Source: Phoronis australis
Taxonomy: Eukaryota > Animalia > Phoronida
Reading direction: 5' to 3'
Length of the DNA: 64,000 nucleotides
Assembly (NCBI GenBank): GCA_002633005.1
Contig: NMRA01000412.1
Location: 284,556 to 348,555 of the forward strand
Shown: positions 52,101-64,000 of the stretch, one piece after another
How positions within the stretch are numbered: the stretch's first letter is position 1
How the letters are laid out: the number at the start of each line of letters is the position of its first letter
Translations under genes and position numbers: made by a program
Notes under the pieces: generated by a model
The model's database searches: none
What the model was told of the DNA's origin: nothing
The model's input: only the letters and a program-made list of their open reading frames with translations

Positions 52101-55100
52101 ATTGGATGACCCGATTTCTTAGAAAAGTAATTTTTAAAATTGTCATGTTGACTTATACCTGTGCACCGAATTTGAAAAAGATAGATTTAAAACTGAAGGA
52201 GGAGTAGCATTTTGAAAATTATATGACCTTTGCACCATCCGACCTCTTCCGGTGCAATATGGAATACGATTATATAACCAATCAAATTTTATATACTGTC
52301 AAAAGTCATATGCTGAACTTAAAGACCGTACCTGCACCCAATTTGGAGTTAATAAGCCTCAAAGTTGGTCGGAAGAAGAATAAGAAGAATAAGAATAAAA
52401 TTGAAGAAAACCCAGGAACAACAGTACTCTGCGCTTACACGCGCAGAGTAACTAGAAAGATTATTGTCACGGCGTGACAATAACGGACTCTGCGCGTGCG
52501 TATTACTGGGAGTATTATGGGAAGTTACTGACAGGAGCCCGTTTACCAATACGAAAAGTAATTCTTTAAAATTGTAGGAGAAATTACATGTTAATTTTTT
52601 GATGACCTTTCCACTAATTGACCTCTTCCGGTGCATTATGAGCCCCGATGAGGGAGTAATTATTAACTCTATTAAAAGTGTGGTTAATGCTAATAATCAC
52701 AGATGTTATACTTTAAGCACTTCAGAATACAAGAAGAATGAAGTGGTCAGACTTTCAGAAGAAAAATGCACCTAAAAACCGTACTTGCACCCAATTTGGA
52801 GTTATTAAACCTCAAAGTTGGTCGGAAGAAGAATAAGAATAAGAAAAATAAGAAGAAGAATAAATTTGAAGAAAACCCAGGAACAACAGTACTCTGCGCT
52901 TACACGCGCACAGTAATAAGAAGAATAAGAAGAATAAGAAGAATAAGAATAAAATTGAAGAAAACCCAGGAACAACATTACTCTGCGCTTACACGCGCAG
53001 AGTAATAAGAAGAATACGAATAAAATTGAAGAAAACCCAGGAACAACAGTACTCTGCGCTTACACGCGCAGAGTAATTATGTAAATACTCCCTTTTCAAA
53101 ATGACATTTAATATGGAAGCCTATGTTTCATTCAATTTACTACCATTGCTGCACAAGCTCCTCTGCATGTTTCCGGTGTTCAAATCACAGACTGTTGGTC
53201 GAGGTGGAAAGACATCTGTACTATACGTTGATACATATCTACGTATATGTTCTTTATGTAAACAAAGCTCTGGTCAAAATTTTGTGGGAGATGAATTTCA
53301 CCCAAGTGATCTTTCCTTTTTGATGCTGATGTTAATTTCTGATCCTTTTGTGCTAAAAAATGATTAAGTTTGTGTACCACTCTTCTGTACTCAAACAAAA
53401 ACTTATGAATGTCTAAAATATTACGTGCACGCATAAACGTACTCTTGTATTGTGCTGTATATATGTTGTATGTGTAGTGTGAGCCCATGGCCTCGAGTGC
53501 AAATAAATGACAATGATTGTCACTTTTTAATGAACTACATTGCAGAGAGAACCCACGACTGTATTTGTGGCCACTTGAAATGCGTACAAAACGTAGACGC
53601 AATTCAAAGGCAGGAATTTGGCCTTCAGGAAAAAGTGAAGCATTTAATTTTAACGACGTCGTTGTTAACATTATTTGTATTTTACAAAAAAATAAACGTG
53701 CTGATTAGAAAGGAAATACGCTGTCATCTTGTATCCTTTGGAACTCTAAAGCTGACCCGGGTATGTGCAGGCTGGTGCTACTCTGTAGATAAAATTGTTT
53801 CTTATTTTTATGTGTTCGCATTTTATGATAGGTCGTAATAAATGTATTGTTTGGTTATAAAATTTCCTAAAAATAAGCACTTCTTGTTAGAAGAAATATG
53901 GGCACCATGTCTGCGTTCCACCCTGTGCACTGCACTCTGAAATTAAACTTAAACACCTTCACGTATCAAGTTGTCGCTTACATTAATTCCCTCTTGTATC
54001 CCGGAGCCTATTGAAGTTCCGCCACCAGCACGAAGGTTTTTCACTGCATCTGTAAGCGCTGTCCTTCTCTCTCCTCTCACCATGTTATGCACGACTGATG
54101 CCATGCTATTGAATTTGACTACACCAATATAGGTGTCGCTTTCATACATGTTAATCGCTTCTATGGCAGTTTGTTTTGCCTGCTCAATCCTGGTTCCCTG
54201 AAAGTTGATAAGTCATGATATACAATGGCATACGATTCTTCAATTCACCCGGGTACATGTATATGCATAGACGCAATGTACATGTAGTTATCTAGTAGCA
54301 AATAAATTATATGAAGAATACTGAGGTCCTGTCATATAAAGACAATCTTTGATTTGAGTAGTTTGATAATGAGGACAACGACCACATTAGCAGAGACGAT
54401 ACCGGTGGCGACAACCAAACGACTACCACGTCATCTACAGACACCGCTTTATAATGCCGGGCAGTGACATTTCAAAGTGACTTAAAGAGGAATAACGTTC
54501 TAGGATGAATGAAATGTGCAAAGTTAAACAGAGTTCCACGAATTTATCCCAGACAAAAGTTCAAAAGTTTTTCGGAAATTTTTCAGTAACTTGCTTGATT
54601 TTCTTACTTAAATGCGTTTTTCTTCCGCTTTGTTTTCACATGCTAGACACCTTTGGCTTTCCACCTCCTGAATAACGTAACCTCCATGCATCGCTTTTTG
54701 GTCACAAGTTCACTTTGACTAGCAAGTAAATTTAGAGTTCCTTTACGATGTCCAACAACATAAAATTCTACTATTACTTATCCTAAGAAACTGCATGTGT
54801 TAGCAGTTATAATCATCAAGGTTATCAGATTTTCAAAGCAAATTTGACTATTTAAGAAATCACGTTTGGTTGAGATCATTCGAAAATGTCTGTTGTAGAC
54901 TCAGCGTGTAATTCAACATGTAAACTAGTCAGAGAGCCTAAACTGTATAGGCTTTTCGAAAACACAATCAATTCAATGTAGCCATGGGCGCTAAGTTATT
55001 TCTGGGAGACAGGAGAGGATTTACAAACACACTGAACAATCTCGACTTTTCTGAAAACGTTAAACCTGTTACACACATACATGTAAGTCTAGCGCTAGAT

Positions 55101-58100
55101 TTAATTCCTAAAATAGTATGCCCAAATGTGCTACGTCCCTTTTTTCACATAACACTAAAGAGATTGACCCTCGGTTGCAATCACGCCAGTTTTGTTCAGA
55201 ATCTCCCACCGGAGCGGAGGCCAGTTTCACGGCACCGATAACGGACCAGCTTATTAATAAGATGAAAGCTGTAGTATGCAAAATCTTCAAAACATACTCC
55301 CATACTTCCACTGACGTCAATAACAAACACCAGTCGACTGTCTCCTTTTCTTATTACCCGGAAGAAGGGGGTAGTATCCACTTTGACGTCATCTTCAATT
55401 GGTGGATTCGCATTGCCTTCAAACAAAAAGTGGTCGTTCATCCATATAACTTTGACAGTAACCATTGGCCTATCAAAACTAGCCGTGTCTTTATTAGTTT
55501 TGATTTAATCAAATCATATTGCATACCAATGAAAAGCCCAGCCATTCCCCTGTCCAGCGATACCACATTCCGTCAATAAATGATTAATGAGTGTGTTTAG
55601 TGACTTTGCTGCCAAATTGGGCTAGGTCTCAAAGTGATTGTTGCAAATTTAGTTGCAGCTAAATGTATATTCCAGTTTGAGCATTTAGCTTTCTCAATAG
55701 CAGTTACAGTGCTGGTTCCATGGTAATAAAAACTTATGGCAATTTGGCAGCACTTAAACACTTTTTTAGTGAACAACCGACTAATAAACAACTGTGGTAG
55801 TTTTCTCAGTATCAGGCTGATCATCACAGCCACTACAGCGACACACTTTGCATGCTGTTTACTAGCCTAACTACGCTTTGCTATGTGATGGCATTCCACT
55901 TCTGAGTCAGTAAACGCCTCAAATCAGACACAGTAGTTGTGTTGGTCACTCGCGCACATCCAGCGCGTCCGGCTTGGTCCCACAGGTGTTCCGTAGTGTT
56001 CAAGTCTGGGCTGCACACGGGATCCCATTTGCTGTACATTTGAAGAAAGCTGCAAATTGGGCACTCCAATAATAGTTTGGATAATTGCGATTCATTCTGA
56101 GCCTGCTAAGAGCAGGAGTTCCCTGCTATCATTTTAGTGTCTCACAAATTCGGTGTTTACCCCTGGTGTTCATCTGAGATGGTGACACTGCTTGGTGAAA
56201 ACATGCAAATTTGCAACAATCAAGACAAAGCCCTTTTCGTCAGCTAAGTTATTGCGCATATCTATAAATTTATTGACAGCATGTGGTATTGTTGGAAAGG
56301 AGAAGGGCTGAGCTTTCTATTGGTGTGTATCATGATTTAAATAAACCAAAAGTAATGAAAACACGTACGAATGAACACAAATTTCCAAATTTTGTTGAGG
56401 TGTTAAGAAGGTGTGAGAATTGACAGTGATTGTACATAGATATTGTGGTCCATTGACACACTGTGGAAAGAAATGTTCATATATCAACGTATTGCAAGTG
56501 GAAAACGTGTCTCAAAACTAATATATCCGTTCGCTTTAAGTGCGATTTTTTCTAAACCAAGCTGGTGTTACAATCACATGCTTTGCATTTTGTTTCTTTG
56601 ACCGCACTATTTCATTTTCTCGGTTTACCATCAGCTCAGATAGCCAGGTAAACCCTTCAGGATTTTTCTCTGGCTTCCAATGGCGACTTCCAGCTAGCGT
56701 CTTGGCTTGTTGACACGAGCACAGCCACAGCCAGTGAGGGCGCTAAGTATTTCACAATTGATGTAATGCCACCAGATGACGCTAAGGAAAGAATTTTGTA
56801 GTGATGTTACAAGATTTGTCTGACTTTTATGGGAGTTTCAGAATTTGCCAACGAAGAGCGTGCATCTTACTTTTGAAATCTTCGTGATCTCTCAATATTT
56901 CCCACTGACTTCTCCCTTGACATAGCCTGTTGTGTTTGTTTGGCACTTCGTCGTTATGGAGTGTCGATGGGTCGGAAGTGTCGTTGTCACAAAATGTAAC
57001 CGCCTGCATTAACAACAATTAATAACAAAGGACCCGGTCCCATGAATTGTTCTGTACACTGTGGCAGCTTAGACTTAAAACAACACACCTCTTGACAAAG
57101 TGACTCATCTGGGTGATCGAGTAGGAGTCATACTGCCCAGTGCACCAAACAACCCCGGACCCGGCATGATCCAGGGAACTGAATACTGTCTCAGTCTCAA
57201 AATCAAAGCTTACTCGATCAAGCTGGATGATTCTAGAGGACCTTCATATTTGCATTTTATATAGGCCTATCATTTTCAAGTAATTTTTCGAGTACAGAGA
57301 TTATATACCCCAGGCATAAACAAGTGATTGCAACATAGAACTGGCGACCAACAGTAGCAACATCCAGCTTTTACACACAAAAGATACATGTACAATGTAA
57401 ATGTCATCAAGATTAGTATTCCCTTTCTCACAGGCATAGCCAGAATTAATACTACCAGCGGTGGAAGGCGACGTTGCCCTCGGACACTACCAATTTTGTT
57501 TTTCCCTCTTCCCTTCACAGTTCTGTGCCACCTCCTCTGTATTGATTGTGAAATTGTTAAAATCGTATGTCTCTTGTCATTTTTGCGGCACTCTTTCGGC
57601 ATCTGTGGTACAATCTTCCCCCCCCCCACGTCCCTTTACAGCACTTACATTCTTCATGTAGTAGGCAAACATTAGAGAAGACTTGGCTGGGGAATTAATA
57701 ACGTCAGGAATAAATCGACACTCATTCTCTGGCAGAGACGTTTTCTTATCCAGAATACAGTTCAAAAAACTGCTCCCTCTTTTAACTTTCTCTTCGCCCG
57801 GAATCTGAAAAAGGTAACAATACACACGCTCATGATATTTGAATGAACTTGCCAGCCAGTCCTAAGACTACAGGTGAATTTCATACGATGGCCGATATGA
57901 AACCAACAACAAAGCGTGTGCACCCATGCACAGACTGTACACGTGAGAGTGACAGACGAGCTGCGTGTCTGTAAAACGTAAGCTCACATTTGCGGTGAAT
58001 TCAGTACCACAATTCAACACTCTAACACCCACTGACAAATCATTTCATTGACCTACATGTACCAGTGAGCTAAGATACATGAAAGCTATTCAGCTTCAAG

Positions 58101-61100
58101 GCATACTCACGAAATGTTCGTCTTTCTCTGGCGTCATGCTTCGAGGTCTCGTAAGACCTCGTACATTTCTCACAAGTAACTACGTCTATACATTGCTCTC
58201 CTGGATCCCGGGTCTAATTGGATCTCGACTCGAACATGAACAAGATACAATTCCGACATGTCGCAAGCAAATAGTTCCAGCCTGTAAGTTACAACTATGG
58301 TCCTCCGCCTTTGGTCCACACACACACTTTGGTTGTGAACAAATGGATTAATATTCACTTGAAATGCAGAGCAACGATGTGCAGAGAACCTAAGATGCAA
58401 AATATGCTATATTCTAGAGAGAGCAAAAAAGAAAATGTGACTGTCGCTGATCAATGTTTACCACGATTTCGTATGCTTATTTTTGTTATCAAGTGTTGGG
58501 CAATGGCGACGAATGTATTTGTAAGTCATGTTTCATCCGTGTGTACTAACTTTGAAATTGATTTAATCATTTCTCGGAAAATGGTGTCATCGACTGGTAC
58601 CGTATTTGAGTACGTACGTCACGATGCTGTAAGTAGGATGAACGGACTTGTGGTCCTATTATGATCTTGACGAACAAACATGTAGGAACTTGCAAGGTTA
58701 CTAAAAGCCTGTTAATAATGTTAACCCACACTCTTCGTGCATCTGATTAGTCAGCTCTCTTAACCTATGAACGTGAAGGTGTCATACCATTTTGGAGCAT
58801 TTGACAACGCCAATAGCAGTAGAGCCATTGGCATCAACTGAATGGTAGAAGTCTCTCTCGCCCTCTTCGATTACCGCATACTCGTCGAAGAGTCCCCAAC
58901 GAAGGTGTCCGAACTCGTGAACAAGGGCTTTGCCTTCAATAAAATCATAAAAATATAATTTTGATCTAAGGTTAGTTAAAGTAAAATGCGTAAATGATCA
59001 TTCCTGTGTACATATACATGCACTTTTAATATTTTAAGTGAAATGTTATAATTTCGCACAAGACTTTGTTTCATCAAAAGTGAACCTACATGTATGACTG
59101 GAGTCAGCAATGTCTGCTTTCTTTTCTGTTTCGATATACATAACAGTCACTACCAATTTACATGTTACATATAGCAGTAGGATGTAAAATTATTTGAGTA
59201 AATTGCTGAAGAGAGCTTGAATTAATCGTAAATCGCGGTATAGAACGTCAGCCGTCATGTCAATCTTTTTACGTAGGGGTTACGTCACTTTTCATGAAAA
59301 AGGCCTCAGATATGTACCTAACATCTACTGTAAATTCAGAAGGAAACGAAATGAAAACGACAACGCATGGACTACCAAAGAAGAAAAAAATCAAAAGCTC
59401 GTTTCCACTTTGGTTTCTCCCGAATCTGCTCAGACCTGTGTTCTCTTGTTATTTCCAGTATGCTTGCACGAAAGAAAATGTAATGAGACAGGTCGAAAAT
59501 AAAACAATGTCCTTACCAATGTCACCATAGTTGTATCTTGAAAACTCGAGATTTGCCAGGAAGTTGTACGATAGCCGCATGTACTTGCCTGGCTCTCCGC
59601 ACCTGCCTGGTTGTACAACGTACGGTTCGTGTTTTCCGTAAATCTTATCTTCCCTTGGTTTTACCACTATCACGTTTGCCCTGCAAAGAGTATGGGTTAC
59701 AATTGATATTACGTCCAAAAGGTTGCGGCCTAACAAATGTGGCAAGATTTTTCTTCTGAATAAATCTTTATAAATCCTTATGCTGTGGATAGGTTAGTCT
59801 GTGGCTGAGCAACACTGTCTTACCTGTTGAACGTCTCAGTCCCCGATTGCGCCCAGTTGACGTTAGGTTGCCATGATGCCGGGACAAGGATGGTGATATT
59901 ACCCAAATAAGCACGACGCCTTGTGGCAACGAATAGAGCACTCGAAAAATCGGAAAACGTTTCCTGAAATGATATTTTAGTTACTAGGTGTTTAAGCATG
60001 GTCAGTTTCGTGTTAACTACTAAAACCTACATAGTAGCAATTTGTTTCACAATAGCCAAGCCTAGGGCATTTCTCGAACAAACAGCAATCGCTGGAAACA
60101 ACTTGATTTCTAACTTCCTAAAGTTCAAACAAAATACATCTACATAAATATTTTTGCTTGCACTTCGTTAAGTCAAAATGAGTCATACATTATCCTTGCT
60201 TTCCACCGTCACGGGGTGTTCCGGAGATCATGTCTAAACACAAATAGGGGGCAAACGTTAGACCACAAATTGCCACAACTACACGAACTCTTCAATATCC
60301 CAACAGCTAATTTGTAAAAAAACAGCAGCGCCATATTGGAATTCCTATCATAGTGACTCCTACAGAAAAAAACATAAACACGTTGAAATATTCATCTGCA
60401 CAAAGGACATGATACTCAATACATTTCCCACTGCAAAGAATCGATGCCTGCCACGTTGGCCGAAGTGACTTAGTATAAAAACATGGACGTGACCTGTAGT
60501 TTAGAAACAAAAGAAGGTTGGCATTGAAAACAAACTCATAAATAGGACACAACGGATTGTCGTCTGTCAGATACATCACAAGATGCAGGCATAGCGTTTA
60601 CTTATCCAGCTTGAAAGTCATTTTCAACAAAGCTCTATAGAATCTGTCTGCGCAATTTCATTAAATACAAATTGTTGCAACAATTTGTGATTCTGTGGCC
60701 GGTTCCATGAAACAGTCCCAAATAGGGACTCAACTAAGTTCCGTAAATCTACTGCGCATTTTTAGACTCGTGGAAACACCAATAGCCCTTTTTTATTGAT
60801 TTAGTTTCATTACCAAGTCAACTTTTGACAAATCGGAAATGGACTCTATGTTGAACTGCTAATATTATCGACTATAATTAGGGACCTTTTCATGCAACTC
60901 CCCGATTTAAGGAGTGAGTCCCTATTCATTTTCAATGAACTCTGGGCTCATTTTTAGTAATATTATTAGAAAATGTCATTAATCAAATAGGAACTATGAT
61001 TCCCTATTTGGGACTATTTCATGCAACCGGGCACTGAAGTCTACACACAATGCCCAAGTTTGAGCATTGCAACAGTTCGTGCGCTTTCTTTTTAACATGT

Positions 61101-61919
61101 TATTGCTGACTGCAATCCAATATTTATTCTGTTAGCCAGGGATCTGCGTTGAGCTTATAGATGAATATATTATCTTTTTAAGTGTTTTGATGTCTAATTT
61201 CCGAATAATAAAAGTAATGTGAATTGCTTCTCGAAGTTAGTTTATTGAATTTTGATCCTTACTTAGACCCCCAAAGAATTATTTCACGATTTCTTAAATA
61301 AATTTTATTTAAATGGATACCTAGCCAGATTTTGGCCTATGAACAGATATTAAAAACGACGTTCCCATCTAACCCTCTGAAACAAAATAATGTTATGTAA
61401 CTCTCGATAACCGTCAAGTACAATGTATTTGTAGCAAAATTTGAAAATTCCTTAGAAAGTCTGCTTAACGGGCAAGCATAGCGTAGTACGTTTTAGGCGA
61501 GTTACAGGGCACCCGTAGGGAAAAACAACCACCAAGTACGTGTACCATGTTATCCTATATGTAAGTTTTTAGTTGAATCCTGCTTTTATCACTTAAGTGG
61601 GACACCATTGCAATGGTGCATTATTAGGTGACAGAACGAGGATAGCTTGAAATCACCGAAACAGGGTTTAGTATTCTGTTCGCAATTCTGAGTCAGCATT
61701 TCATATACATGTACAGTACATGTACGTCCATAAATGACGCATTCTAAAGTGCAGTATTACCTTGATGTTATGTATGAGTTTGTCACTTTGCCGCACGTTG
61801 TTCGCCAATGCAATTAATATTCCCTCATATCTGTTATTTCTTAACTTAAACGTATTCCGTTCAACACCGCTGACTGCTGCTACGGACGACACTATCAGCA
61901 GCAATGTTGCGCAGAACAT
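39557..61919 (-). CDS. CLCA: CLCA-like calcium-activated chloride channel regulator / zinc metalloprotease, gene B (15 coding exons, ~1007 aa, intact)
   Basis: Exons in transcript order: 61919-61761, 59963-59824, 59680-59517, 58933-58788, 57804-57649, 57003-56871, 55416-55298, 54197-53982, 50813-50529, 49381-49015, 47705-47565, 46806-46639, 43801-43644, 42658-42580, 40149-39557. Sum is 3024 nt with consistent phases. Signal peptide MFCATLLLIVSSVAAVSG, HEFGHLRWGLFDEY, DVSGSM MIDAS, FN3 and TM are present. Confidence 0.95.
40766..42110 (+). pseudogene. Unrecognised degenerate coding fragment, antisense within the last intron of gene B
   Basis: ORFs 40766-41080 and 41090-41356 share one frame, broken only by TAA/TGA (~190 codons). 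A further protein-like stretch lies at ~41860-42110. The region is absent from the homologous gene A intron. Confidence 0.45.
42580..42658 (-). CDS. CLCA gene B exon 14 (FN3)
   Basis: VVSVFYENSTVTLEWTAVGDDLDQGT|gtaagg. Confidence 0.92.
43644..43801 (-). CDS. CLCA gene B exon 13 (GC donor)
   Basis: DSPRKLPTYTSVNKISRVASGGSFQV...DLYGPGQITDLK|gcaagt. Confidence 0.9.
43939..45157. repeat. Tandem duplication 43939-44547 / 44549-45157 around n at 44548
   Basis: Near-identical ~610-bp copies abutting the n. Confidence 0.9.
46639..46806 (-). CDS. CLCA gene B exon 12
   Basis: GADTNKEDGVYSGYFLNIKGDGGYSVKVKVKDSSG...DVCFLTGRC|gtaaga. Confidence 0.9.
47565..47705 (-). CDS. CLCA gene B exon 11
   Basis: DPNSSPALIIYATLTKGDLPVVDAKVSALVE...LTDNGAG|gtaagg. 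Confidence 0.92.
49015..49381 (-). CDS. CLCA gene B exon 10
   Basis: LSSETL...IFIDDSLGKDTAF...GIAETGTWT...LNFS|gtatgt; 367 nt, as in gene A. Confidence 0.93.
50529..50813 (-). CDS. CLCA gene B exon 9
   Basis: VLRNGTNPRGGRLILLSDG...FVK|gtgcaa; 285 nt, as in gene A. Confidence 0.92.
51215..53076. mobile_element. Helentron/HINE-like non-autonomous repeat: two head-to-tail copies with a reiterated 3' hairpin module
   Basis: Shared start aactagaaagattattgtcacggcgtgacaata at 51215 and 52450. Internal ~430-bp repeats. (aagaat/aag)n microsatellite. Terminal hairpin tactctgcgc-ttacac-gcgcagagta occurs 4 times. Confidence 0.7.
53982..54197 (-). CDS. CLCA gene B exon 8 (VWA)
   Basis: GTRIEQAKQTAIEAINMYESDTYIGVVKFN...LRAGGGTSIGSGIQEGIN|gtaagc. 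Confidence 0.93.
55298..55416 (-). CDS. CLCA gene B exon 7 (VWA start)
   Basis: NANPPIEDDVKVDTTPFFRVIRKGDSRLVFVIDVSGSMG|gtatgt. Confidence 0.92.
55840..56403 (-). mobile_element. Tc1/mariner transposase remnant
   Basis: WDPVCSPDLNTTEHLWDQ...DLRRLLTQKWNAI (55881-56040) matches the Tc1 C-terminal motif WPxxSPDLNPIEHLW. Outer boundaries are approximate. Confidence 0.75.
56871..57003 (-). CDS. CLCA gene B exon 6
   Basis: AVTFCDNDTSDPSTLHNDEVPNKHNRLCQGRSQWEILRDHEDFK|gtaag. Confidence 0.93.
57649..57804 (-). CDS. CLCA gene B exon 5 (Cys-rich; no counterpart found in gene A)
   Basis: cag|IPGEEKVKRGSSFLNCILDKKTSLPENECRFIPDVINSPAKSSLMFAYYMKN|gtaagt; 156 nt, phase 0-0. Confidence 0.92.
58788..58933 (-). 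CDS. CLCA gene B exon 4 (HExxH)
   Basis: GKALVHEFGHLRWGLFDEYAVIEEGERDFYHSVDANGSTAIGVVKCSKM|gtatga. Confidence 0.95.
59517..59680 (-). CDS. CLCA gene B exon 3
   Basis: ANVIVVKPREDKIYGKHEPYVVQPGRCGEPGKYMRLSYNFL...DIG|gtaagg. Confidence 0.92.
59824..59963 (-). CDS. CLCA gene B exon 2
   Basis: ETFSDFSSALFVATRRRAYLGNITILVPASWQPNVNWAQSGTETFNR|gtaag. Confidence 0.92.
60696..61033. mobile_element. PIF/Harbinger-type MITE
   Basis: TIRs tggccggttccatgaaacagtcccaaataggga / tccctatttgggactatttcatgcaaccgggca, with CTG target-site duplication (60693-60695, 61034-61036). Confidence 0.8.
61761..61919 (-). CDS. CLCA gene B first coding exon (signal peptide)
   Basis: MFCATLLLIVSSVAAVSGVERNTFKLRNNRYEGILIALANNVRQSDKLIHNIK|gtaata. 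An acceptor (tttcag) at 61940 implies an upstream 5'UTR exon. Confidence 0.92.
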
Positions 61920-62093
61920 CTTGCGTGGTAGATGCAGACCTGAAACAAAAATATGTCAGTATAGTTTCAAAGCGTGATTTAACTCACCGAGCAAGTTTAA
62001 GCTTGTGAACGGTTACGTTTTTACCTGGTACTCAATAATTTATTTTGCGAAAAGTTCATGATTTCATCATGTGGTGATGGCGACAATGATACC

Positions 62094-62140
62094 AACGACG
62101 ACGATGACGACGACGGCAACGACGGCGGCGACAACGACGG
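62094..62140. repeat. Imperfect (ACG/GAC)n microsatellite
   Basis: aacgacgacgatgacgacgacggcaacgacggcggcgacaacgacgg. Confidence 0.8.
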
Positions 62141-62230
62141 CACTCTAGCGAACTACTTCCTTTTCTCTTTCTATCCGCAATTTTTTACGTAAATTTACAA
62201 CTTTCGTGACTACATACATCTAACTGACAC

Positions 62231-62332
62231 TGAAAATGTGAACAGGGTATCTACTGTATAAATGAAAATGTGAACAGGGTATCTACTGTATCAATGAAAA
62301 TGTGAACAGGGTATCTACTGCATCAGTGAAAA
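62231..62332. repeat. 32-bp minisatellite, ~3 copies
   Basis: tgaaaatgtgaacagggtatctactgtat.aa at 62231, 62263 and 62295. Confidence 0.9.
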
Positions 62333-64000
62333 GAGCTAGACAACTTCCATTAACAACAAGGTGCATGTTAAGAAATCAAATGAATAGTGAACTTTTGCAC
62401 ATATCCATTGAACTATCAAGCGATTTCTTCCTTTCAAAAGTTGAAAATTCAATATTATACCTTACTGAATGCATAGATGTGCGGCTTATGGACAGGGCCT
62501 ATTGTTTGTGTGAAGTAATCGATAAAAGAGAAGGTATGCTCTTACGTTACAAAATTTTCCTTGTTGCTTACGTCAGCATAAACTGCCTCAGCCTTTCTAT
62601 TAATGCTCAAAACAGACACCAGTCATGGTCGGCGCACCATACAGGGCTGGGGTGCTATAGCCCCCACTTTTTTCAGTGCTACCACGGAGGAGGGGGCTTT
62701 AGAATCCACTTTTTTCAGTGCTGCGCCGCAAATGTAAGTACTAACTTAATTTCCCAAACAGTTTGTATAATCCATGGGAAAAGGATAGAATTACCGCAAT
62801 GCGATTTCGATGACGTACCTGGTTACGTGGTATACCTCAATATTTGAACAATCATGTCAAAACTTTATTGTTGTTGGTCTGATAATGAGAAATGCAATAA
62901 TTGCCACATAAATGCAACGTTTTCAATAAAGGAAATCAACATAGTTAGGTAGCAGTCCCTCGTTAACTGAAACTTCGCTGAGAACACTACTAAACTTTTT
63001 AAAGCAAAATGTTCAGTCGTGTTTTTAACGAAGTTTAATACAGGAAATAAAATGTATTAAAAATTATTTTATAAGAGCACTGAAATTTCTTTTTTGAAAA
63101 ATGTTCTAAAAAGATAGACGTTTACCTTGAATCGCAAACTAGCAGGTCACAACCGTGAAGTCAATTGTGCAGCGAAGTCCACAGTGACTTGTTGGTTTGA
63201 GTCACCTTGATTTAATACATTTTTTATTAATCCAGTGGGTCTTTCAAACCAAACAAGGAAGTCTTAATTTATCAACTTTATCTAAATTTGAGGTGGATTT
63301 TGTTTACTGTGTCAAGATGGAGTTCTTGGGCAACAAAATTTATCTGATAAAATTTACTGTTCCTGACAGGTGACTCCATAGTCCCATACAACCCCTTTGA
63401 AAACCGAATTGATATATGTATACAATCATGACTGACTTATATTTATATTTACGTCGTAATATGTGGAATATTTTCAAAACTACCATTGCGAAAAAATGTT
63501 AATCAACTACCCGTCATTCGATAACAGCAACGACCAGATACAAAGGCAAACACGCCATTGAAATGTTGAAATGCACCAAGTTGCTGGAACTGGCTGAAAC
63601 TGTGTCTTTTCTAAAGTTTATTTATTTAACTAAAGTAAAATTCCCTGGTATCTCTGATCTGTAAACCTTGGATGGCGTGCTTAAGTTCGTGCGCGCGTCA
63701 GATAGCAGATTAAGAAAGAACACCTCTTGGAGAGGAGTTTGGAAAGAGACCAAGAACGTATGAAATTGGGCTTCGAACATGGTTCCCAGCTCACACCTGG
63801 GTACACCTGCGCACCGTTTTCACATGTAGCTGCCTTGTGATCTCCTCATATACTGTACATGTAGAGTAAATTGGGGGTCGCATTATTCTAAGTTCTTAAT
63901 AAATCACTGGCACCAGTCAAATTGGCTTCCATTATGAGACTGCGAAAACCTTGACTTAAGATATGTAGAAAATGTATAAAGCACTCTTTATCTATTCTTT

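Noticed and set aside
52370-53076. Palindromic repeats with intervening sequence resembling a CRISPR array
   Set aside because: The 'spacers' are low-complexity aagaat microsatellite, the context is an animal intron, and there are no cas genes. Better explained as a transposon end module.
62302-62847. Long ORFs of 160-190 aa (also 38982-39551, 32024-32548, 53180-53671)
   Set aside because: Composition is not protein-like, they overlap repeats, UTR or introns, and they have no motifs.

Overview
Eukaryotic, AT-rich animal genomic DNA, probably from an invertebrate (taxon not determinable from the sequence). The window is dominated by two paralogous, multi-exon CLCA-family genes (calcium-activated chloride channel regulator / zinc metalloprotease) arranged tail-to-tail. 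Gene A is on + (~1793-33391) and gene B is on - (61919-39557). I traced the exons by hand from splice sites and paralog comparison. Gene B gives 15 coding exons summing to 3024 nt (~1007 aa): signal peptide, HEFGH-LRWGLFDEY metalloprotease, Cys-rich region, VWA with MIDAS, beta-sheet-rich region, FN3, Thr-rich stalk, TM and short tail. Gene A has the same exon phases but lacks one exon in this assembly. Both genes use a GC-AG intron at the same position. Introns and the intergenic region carry a decayed DIRS/Ngaro tyrosine-recombinase retrotransposon, Gypsy and Tc1 remnants, several MITEs, a ~445-bp foldback element, a Helentron/HINE-like repeat and an unrecognised degenerate ORF. Five apparent tandem duplications each straddle a single 'n' and are most likely unmerged haplotype overlaps. 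I found no prokaryotic-type system such as CRISPR.
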